Assembly: GCF_006345805.1 (NCBI RefSeq)
Contig: NW_021829690.1
Span: 1 to 5,873, forward strand
Direction of reading: 5' to 3'
DNA length: 5,873 nucleotides
Source: Octopus sinensis
Taxonomy: Eukaryota
Shown here piece after piece: positions 1 through 5,739 of this stretch (its first letter is position 1; each line of letters starts with the position of its first letter). The notes beneath the pieces are model-generated. The model had not been told where the DNA came from. It did no database searches and saw only the letters and a list, made by a program, of their open reading frames with translations. The position numbers and the translations under genes are program-made.

Positions 1-329
1 ATGTTTATTAAATCATTATATCCGGTAAATGGCGGGCTTTTTACGAACTGCATGTCGGGTAATGAAAAGATTTCGGAATAAGTTAACAATTAAGGATAAT
101 CTCTTAATAAGGATTCTTAACAAGAAATTATCGGGCAGCTAGCGTGAAAGCCTCATAAAAGAAAAGAATTCGAAAATAATTTTTTTCTCTTGAACAAATT
201 AATTATATCTATATTGTATAGAGGGCATTATTACACATAAATGCCTCACACTAAGAGGACCAAGTCATTACTACCAAAATTATACTAATCATACCCAATG
301 CAGTTCTTCAAAGCAAGACATTAAAAAAT

Positions 330-399
330 GAATTTAGTTCTGTATCACCGTGATTTCACATTCAACTTTACGTCTTATGATCCTCAGCAGAACTGATTC
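330..399 (-). ncRNA. Type I hammerhead ribozyme, copy 1
   Basis: Minus strand reads GAAUC-AGUUCUG-CUGAGGA-UCAUAAGACGUAAAGUUGAAUGU-GAAA-UCACGGUGA-UA-CAGAACU-AAAUUC. CUGANGA is at 387-381, GAAA at 357-354. Stem I is 7 bp (AGUUCUG/CAGAACU) plus GAAU/AUUC. Predicted cleavage is after A at 343. Confidence 0.8.
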
Positions 400-805
400 T
401 GAACACACATAAAAAACTACCAACCTTACGTAGCGAAGACGAACAGACAACTGCTCACTCCGGCCAAGCACATGGAATGTTTATAAATCATATATCCGGT
501 AAATGGCGGGCTTTTTACGAACTGCATGTCGGGTAATGAAAAGTATTTCGGAATAAGTTTAACATTAAGGATAATCTCTTAATAGGGATCTTAACAAGAA
601 ATTATCGGGCAGCTAGCGTGAAAACCTCATAAAAGAAAAGAATTCGAAAATAATTTTTTTCTCTTGAACAAATTAATTATATCTATATTGTATAGAGGGC
701 ATATTACACAATAAATGCCTCACACTAAGAGGGACAAAGTCATTACTACCAAAATTATACTAATCATACCCAAATGCATTCTTCAAAGCAAGACATTTAA
801 AAAAT

Positions 806-874
806 GAATTAGTTCTGTATCACCGTGATTTCGCATTCAACTTTACGTCTTATGATCCTCAGCAGAACTGATTC
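806..874 (-). ncRNA. Type I hammerhead ribozyme, copy 2
   Basis: Same motif. CUGAGGA is at 862-856, GAAA at 832-829, position 11.1 is C in this copy (AUGCGAAA). Predicted cleavage is after 818. Confidence 0.8.
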
Positions 875-1279
875 TGAACACATCATAAATAAACTACCAA
901 CCTTACGTAGCGAAGACGAACAGACAACTGCTCACTCCGGCCAATCACATGGAATGTTTATAAATCATATATCCGGTAAATGGCGGGCTTTTACGAACTG
1001 CATGTCGGGTAATGAAAAGTATTCGAAATAAGTTTAACATTAAGGATAATCTCTTAATAGGGATCTTAACAAGAAATTATCGGGCAGCTAGCGTGAAAAC
1101 CTCATAAAAGAAAAGAATTCGAAAATAATTTTTCTCTCTTGAACAAATTAATTATATCTATATTGTATAGAGGGCATATTACACATAAATGCTCACACTA
1201 AGAGGGACAAAGTCATTACTACCAAAGTTATACTAATCATACCCAAATGCAGTTCTTCAAAGCAAGACATTTAAAAAAT

Positions 1280-1343
1280 GAATTTAGTTCTGTATCACCG
1301 TGATTTCACATTCAACTTTAGTCTTATGATCCTCAGCAGAACT
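1280..1343 (-). ncRNA. Type I hammerhead ribozyme, copy 3, truncated exactly at the 5' end of the 7-bp core stem I
   Basis: CUGAGGA is at 1336-1330, GAAA at 1307-1304, with a 1-nt deletion in distal stem II. The upstream GAAUC extension is replaced by the inversion junction. Predicted cleavage is after 1293. Confidence 0.75.
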
Positions 1344-1766
1344 ACCGGATATATGATTTATAAACATCCATGTGCTTGGCCGGAAGTGAGCAGTGTCTGT
1401 TCGTCTTCGCTACGTAAGGTTGGTAGTTGTATTTATGATGGTGTCAGAATCAGTTCTGCTGAGGATCATAAGACGTAAAGTTGAATGTGAAATCACGGTG
1501 ATACAGAACTAAATTCATTTTTAATGTCTTGCTTTGAAGAAATGCATTTGGGTATGATTAGTATAATTTTGTAGTAATGACTTTGTCCCTCTAGTGTGAG
1601 GCATTTATTTGTAATATGCCCTCTATACAATATAGATATAATTAATTTGTTCAAGAGAAAAAAAATTATTTTCGAATTCTTTTCTTTTATGCGGTTTTCA
1701 CGCTAGCTGCCCGATAATTTCTTGTTAAGATCCCTTATTAAGAGATTATCCTTAATGTTTAAAACT
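1344..1766 (+). repeat. Inverted copy of the tandem unit (reverse complement of ~556-977)
   Basis: ACCGGATATATGATTTATAAACAT at 1344 is the reverse complement of the unit start. The match continues to ...CCTTAATGTTTAAAACT at 1766, followed by (TA)n. Confidence 0.95.
1447..1516 (+). ncRNA. Type I hammerhead ribozyme, copy 4 (in the inverted segment)
   Basis: Stem I 5' strand AGTTCTG 1452-1458, CTGAGGA 1459-1465, stem II 1466-1488, GAAA 1489-1492, stem III TCACGGTGA 1493-1501, T1502, A1503 (cleavage), CAGAACT 1504-1510, ATTC 1513-1516 pairing with GAAT 1447-1450. Confidence 0.8.
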
Positions 1767-1767
1767 C

Positions 1768-1793
1768 TATATAATATATATATATATATATAT
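1768..1793. repeat. (TA)n microsatellite, the tail of the adjacent minus-strand SINE and flank of the HHR array
   Basis: TATATAATATATATATATATATATAT. Confidence 0.95.
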
Positions 1794-2094
1794 CACCGTG
1801 ATTGAACAGGTTATCAGATGTTGCTACACATCGCTGGTTACAATGCGCTTCACATTGTTTTAGCCTCCAAATGATGCCACCCCGCTGGCTAAGCGAGCAG
1901 GCCAACAGAAGAAAGAGTGATAGAAAGTTGTGGCAAAAGAGTACAGTAGGGATCGCCGCCACCCCCTGCCGGAGCCTCGTGGGGCTTTTAGGTGTTTTCG
2001 CTCAATAAACACTCGCAGTGCCTGGTCTGGGAATCGAAACCGCGATCTTATGACCACAAGTCCGCTGCCCTAACCACTGGGTCATTGCGCCTCC
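1792..2094 (-). mobile_element. Full-length tRNA-derived SINE (~300 bp)
   Basis: Minus strand begins GGAGGCGCAATGACCCAGTGGTTAGGGCAGCGG. A-box-like TGACCCAGTGG is at 2084-2074, B-box-like GGTTTCGATTCC at 2041-2030, and the element ends in a (TA)n tail. It resembles octopus tRNA-Arg-type SINEs from memory (not verified). Confidence 0.85.
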
Positions 2095-2098
2095 ACAG

Positions 2099-2130
<32 letters not shown>

Positions 2131-2153
2131 CCACACACACACATATATATATA
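2095..2153. repeat. (CA)n(TA)n compound microsatellite
   Basis: Directly visible. Confidence 0.95.
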
Positions 2154-2207
2154 TTCTTTTACTTGTTTTATATTTGTATAAAAGAATATACATACATACC
2201 TACACAT

Positions 2208-2481
2208 ATATATATACCTGTAAATGTAATATGTGACAGTTATTCGGTAGCCATGATAAAACTCCGAGTTTCGGATGCCGAGGTGTAAATCCACGCCGCC
2301 ATCTCTTCAGTTATTCGGCCATCGGAAAAATGCTATGAAAAATGACCGTTATACAAAGGGAAATTACTGTGTGATTAACTGTTATTAAGACAGAGGAGCT
2401 ATTCGAATGACCGCAAATTAAGGGAAGGTAGTAAAGTAAGTGGGTAAAAAGTTCATAGTATTTGCATAAGCGCGCCTGTTA
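2208..2481 (-). mobile_element. Putative solo pseudo-LTR / retrozyme-like fragment of a second family, carrying an HHR
   Basis: A non-microsatellite island between TA-rich tracts that contains the HHR at 2248-2321. It is flanked by a 12-bp direct repeat ATACCTACACAT (2196-2207, 2482-2493). Boundaries are uncertain. Confidence 0.4.
2248..2321 (-). ncRNA. Type I hammerhead ribozyme, second family
   Basis: Minus strand reads UGGCCGA-AUAA-CUGAAGA-GAUGGCGGCGUGGAUUUACACCUCGGCAUCC-GAAA-CUCGGAG-UU-UUAU-CAUGGCUA. CUGAAGA is at 2310-2304, GAAA at 2272-2269. Stem II has GAUG/CAUC and GUG/CAC; stem III is CUC-G-GAG; the triplet is GUU (cleavage after 2260). Stem I is AUAA/UUAU plus UGGCC/GGCUA. Confidence 0.72.
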
Positions 2482-2519
2482 ATACCTACACATGTTCATA
2501 CCTACACTGTGGTATGTGT

Positions 2520-2521
<2 letters not shown>

Positions 2522-2568
<47 letters not shown>
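2522..2568. repeat. (TA)n microsatellite
   Basis: Directly visible. Confidence 0.95.
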
Positions 2569-2624
2569 GTATGCAAGTGGCTGTATATGTATGTGTATGC
2601 ATATTCTTTTATTTGTTTGTGGCA

Positions 2625-2749
2625 CTGGAACACCGCCTTTAGTCGAACAAATCGACCCCAGGACTTATTCTTTGTATGCCTAGTACTTATCCTATCGGTC
2701 TTTTGCCGAACTGCTAAGTTACGTGGACGTAAACACACAAATATCGGTT
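2625..2749 (-). mobile_element. 3'-body fragment of the same SINE family as 2746-3171, inverted
   Basis: Reverse complement of 2990-3116 with scattered substitutions (e.g. AGTCGAACAAATCGACCCCAGGACTTATTCTTTGTATGCCTAGTACTTA vs TAAGTACTAGGCTTACAAAGAATAAGTCCTGGGGTCGATTTGCTCGACT). Confidence 0.88.
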
Positions 2750-2870
2750 CTGGGTTCAGTCCCACTTCGTGACGCCTTGGACGAGTGTCTTCTACTATAG
2801 CCTCGGGCCGACCAAAGCTTTGTGAGTGGATTTGGTAGACGGAAACTGAAAGAAGCCCGTCGTATATGTG

Positions 2871-2923
<53 letters not shown>

Positions 2924-3171
2924 TTTGTGTGTGTGTTTTTGTGTGTGCGTTTTTGTGTGTCCGTGTCTGTCTCCCCAACATCACTTGACAACCGATACTG
3001 GTGTGCTTATGTCCTCGTAACCCAGCGGTTCGACAAAAGAGCCCGATAGAATAAGTACTAGGCTTACAAAGAATAAGTCCTGGGGTCGATTTGCTCGACT
3101 AAAGGCGGTGCTCCAGCATGGCCGCAGTCAAATGACTGAAGCAAGTAAAAAGAGTTAAAGAGTAAAAGAGT
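2746..3171 (+). mobile_element. 5'-truncated tRNA-derived SINE with an internal (TA)n(TG)n tract and an (AAAAGAGT)n-type tail
   Basis: B-box-like GGTTCAGTCC is at 2753-2762, the internal microsatellite at 2863-2960, and the 3' tail AAAAAGAGTTAAAGAGTAAAAGAGT ends at 3171. Treating it as one element relies on recall of an abundant octopus SINE consensus. Confidence 0.75.
2863..2960. repeat. (TA)n(TG)n microsatellite inside the SINE
   Basis: Directly visible. Confidence 0.9.
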
Positions 3172-3205
3172 ACTGCATATCAATTTCTGTATTTTAGTTT
3201 CGACT

Positions 3206-3385
3206 AAGGCGGTGAACTGGCAGAATCGTTAGCACGCCGCGCAAAATTGCAGAATACTTAGCGGTATTTCATCCGTTCTGAGTTCAAATCCCGCCGAGAT
3301 CGACTTTGTTTTTTATCCTTACTGGGGTTGATTAAGAAAGTACCAGTTGAGCACCGGAGTCAACGTAATCGACTTAACCACTTCC
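3206..3385 (+). mobile_element. tRNA-derived SINE of a third family, possibly MetaSINE-like
   Basis: A-box-like TGGCAGAATCG from 3218 and B-box-like GTTCAAATCC at 3282-3291. The body TCGACTTTG..TTTATCCTT..GGGGTTGAT..AAAGTACCAG resembles the conserved Meta-type SINE domain from memory. Confidence 0.72.
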
Positions 3386-3455
3386 GCGAACATAGCTGTT
3401 GTGTTCCGAAACCTGAAACCAAAAGTTTGCTTTCGGTTTTTACTTTTTCTGTTAA

Positions 3456-3471
3456 CTCTCTCTCTCTCACA

Positions 3472-3508
<37 letters not shown>

Positions 3509-3509
3509 A

Positions 3510-3540
<31 letters not shown>
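3456..3540. repeat. (CT)n microsatellite
   Basis: Directly visible. Confidence 0.97.
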
Positions 3541-3629
3541 ATTTACTCTTTTTCCACGGTCTTTAAACGTTGTAGAGCATAATGGAAAAATCAGCCTAAA
3601 GTCTATCCAATCAACGTTTAAATCCGCTA

Positions 3630-3768
3630 TTACACCCATACACACACACATGTATCTATATGCACGCCCACATATACACATACACACATAACTACATGCG
3701 CGCCCACATACATACACATCTACATATGTGTGTATGTGTGAGTGTGTGTGAGTGTGTGGGCGTGTGTT
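3630..3768. repeat. Degenerate CA-rich then TG-rich low-complexity tract
   Basis: CA/TA-rich to about 3725, then TG-rich. It includes CACGCCCACA and its reverse complement TGTGGGCGTG. Confidence 0.8.
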
Positions 3769-3823
3769 CACGTAAGGCATTTGAGTGAATATCCGAATTT
3801 TCGATTACTAGACCTGCGAACTC

Positions 3824-3863
3824 AAACTGCACCAAAAATTCTCAGAAACTGCACCAAAAATTC
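3824..3863 (+). repeat. 18-bp direct repeat, period 22
   Basis: AAACTGCACCAAAAATTC at 3824-3841 and 3846-3863. Confidence 0.95.
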
Positions 3864-4262
3864 AAGAATTTTTATGTTTTCCTTTTCCTTTTTTTTTTTT
3901 TACCGTAACTGAAATATTTATCACACACATATAGTGCTTTTAAAAATTGTCCATTTTTTTTTTCCTTATTTCTGTTTGGCATTTACTATTGTTGCTTTCA
4001 ATAATTTAATATTATCAACCATACAGAGATTAAAACTGAATTATACCATTAAGTTTGACAAATACTTCGTCTTTCAAAACGTTTCGGAACAAAAAAACAA
4101 AATGTTACAAAAACAATGAAGAAATACATTTGAAAACTGCGAAACACGTTCTCGCGTTAATGTAATTATTTCAACAGAAATATCAACGAAATGCAAATAA
4201 CAACGAATGAACGACCGTAGAACACACAAAAAACAACTCACCCCCACAAAAAAAAATAAAGC

Positions 4263-4690
4263 GGATCTTTTCGGTTTGAACGGCAGTTTTTTTCTAGCGG
4301 TGTCATATGAAATTGTCACCCATAATTATGACCCTAGTATCGATTTATTGCATTTCAATCTGTTTTAGGGTTAGGGTTAGTTAGGGATAGGGTTAGGGGT
4401 GGAGGGAAGGGTATCTTTTTTTCTTCACAAATGTAAATAAACCCAATCTGTTTCTAAACGAGGGACATATTCAAACGGCACGAATGTTTTTTACTTCAAT
4501 GGACGTCATTGATTGTTGAAATTGAGAAATGAAGAAAAACCAACAAATATCTTACAAACCATAGAATTTTCTCAATAAAACCAAGAGAAAAAAAGATGTT
4601 TTATAACACATTCTACCAGTATACGAAGTTTAAAATTTTTTAGTTACCTAGAAATTATGTTAAAAACTGCCGTTCAAACCGAAAACATCC
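4263..4690. mobile_element. Non-autonomous DNA transposon (MITE), 428 bp, 29-bp TIRs, 8-bp TSD; Merlin-like termini (hAT as alternative)
   Basis: Left TIR GGATCTTTTCGGTTTGAACGGCAGTTTTT (4263-4291) and right TIR AAAAACTGCCGTTCAAACCGAAAACATCC (4662-4690) match 28/29. AATAAAGC is identical at 4255-4262 and 4691-4698. There is no ORF. Confidence 0.92.
4365..4411 (+). repeat. Degenerate TTAGGG telomere-like repeat with G-quadruplex potential, inside the MITE
   Basis: TTAGGGTTAGGGTTAGTTAGGGATAGGGTTAGGGGTGGAGGGAAGGG contains seven runs of 3 or more G. Confidence 0.85.
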
Positions 4691-4787
4691 AATAAAGCAA
4701 AAAAGAAAAAAACGTAAAACAAAAACAAAACGAAGTAGTCCACAACATTTTTATTAATGAAAAATTACACGTTTTTTATAATTTTTT

Positions 4788-4921
4788 ATTTGTTTCAGCC
4801 ATTGGACTGCGGCCATGCCGGAGCACTGCCTCAAAGGCTATTCGCTTGAAAAATCGATCCCGGTATGTATGATATATATTCTGTTGGTCTTTTTTTTTGC
4901 CGAACCACTAAGTTACGAGGA
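4788..4921 (-). mobile_element. Degraded 3' fragment of the SINE family at 2746-3171
   Basis: TGTTTCAGCCATTGGACTGCGGCCATGCCGGAGCACTGCC matches the reverse complement of 3105-3145. TTTTGCCGAACCACTAAGTTACGAGG matches 2701-2726. Confidence 0.8.
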
Positions 4922-5481
4922 ATGGCAGAATGACAACCGGGCCTAGCCTGTGATACACTGGGACACCTGCCGAGCCAGACCTGTTCCCCTGACGTTCCCA
5001 AACCTTTTTTGCCATTTACTGAAACTGTTTGAGACATTTTAGAGTAAGTTACAAGTGAATTTTTAGGTTTCTACCAACCAACCAATTAATTGATTTTACT
5101 AAGACTTGTTGTACAAGAAGTACCTGTGCAGATGAATACTTTTCAGTGGGTGTAGCTTGCACTGCACTACCCTCACTTATTGGCCCAAGAATTATTTCGC
5201 CAGTGTGACATGAAAATTGACAAAACCAGTAACTTCCAACGTCTCAGGTTTTATTTCGGAGAATTCCTTCTCCTAGGTAGATGACCAACCAAGGTTAAAG
5301 AACTTTTACTTGTCCCTGATTTGAGCTATCCCATTCCAGACACCAAACCGACACTCAAACACTCTGTAAAGTGATCAAATATCATTAGGTGTCCGACGCG
5401 GAGTAGCTCATTCATACATAAAGAAGAAGAAAAAAAGTAGGACATGTGATTCACAAATATAAATAAAAATTAAACATAAAT

Positions 5482-5490
5482 TATATATAC

Positions 5491-5544
<54 letters not shown>
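5482..5544. repeat. (TA)n(TG)n microsatellite
   Basis: Directly visible. Confidence 0.96.
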
Positions 5545-5547
<3 letters not shown>

Positions 5548-5593
5548 GTAAAAGATATGTAATTTAAAAATATAAAATAAGACTAGATAAATA

Positions 5594-5610
5594 ATATATA
5601 TATAAAAGTA

Positions 5611-5678
<68 letters not shown>

Positions 5679-5690
5679 CATATATACATA
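5594..5690. repeat. (TA)n-rich microsatellite
   Basis: Directly visible. Confidence 0.95.
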
Positions 5691-5739
5691 TAAGAATATA
5701 TAAAAGAAAAGATATATACATATTTACACATATTTGTTG

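Larger units (their letters stand above)
1..1343 (-). repeat. Tandem array of ~476-bp units (1-476, 477-953, 954-1343 partial), each with one hammerhead ribozyme on the minus strand; putative retrozyme / Penelope-like pseudo-LTR multimer
   Basis: The unit start ATGTTTAT(T)AAATCAT(T)ATATCCGGTAAATGGCGGG recurs at 1, 477 and 954. Copies differ mostly by single-base indels. The array runs off the window start. Strand is assigned from the HHR orientation; the retrozyme/PLE label is inference. Confidence 0.93.

Noticed and set aside
1-1343. CRISPR array or ordinary satellite interpretation
   Set aside because: There are no unique spacers, the context is eukaryotic, and the embedded HHR plus inverted end are better explained by a retroelement-type origin.
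825-1478. Short ORFs in the tandem repeat (825-1031, 1278-1478)
   Set aside because: Frames are not conserved between copies because of indels, and there is no recognisable RT or GIY-YIG motif. Faint resemblances (KARHLKNEF, YSEILFITRHAVRKKPAIYRIYDL) are bounded by stops and unconvincing.
1791-1820. The SINE 3' end shares 13 nt (TATCACCGTGATT) with HHR stem III and has CUGAUA upstream on the minus strand
   Set aside because: It lacks CUGANGA and GAAA (reads CUGAUAA...UCAA) and has no stem I. Part of the match comes from the TA tail, so it is treated as coincidence.
2030-2094. tRNA gene
   Set aside because: It has A and B boxes but no complete cloverleaf or terminator, and continues into a SINE body, so it is a SINE head.
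3095-3214. TCGACTAA(A)GGCGGTG at both 3095-3110 and 3200-3214
   Set aside because: The second occurrence overlaps the next SINE's own 5' start. It is too short and misplaced to be a TSD.
1759-3780. Remaining ORFs from the track between 1759 and 3780
   Set aside because: They translate SINEs and microsatellites (YI, HT, LS, VC runs) and are not real proteins.
4365-4400. True telomere or chromosome-fusion scar
   Set aside because: Only a few degenerate units, in one orientation, enclosed by the MITE's TIRs.
5256-5302. TTCGGAGAATTCCTTCTCCTAGGTAGATGACCAACCAAGGTTAAAGAAC, reminiscent of another octopus interspersed repeat
   Set aside because: Based only on vague recall, with no internal evidence in the window.
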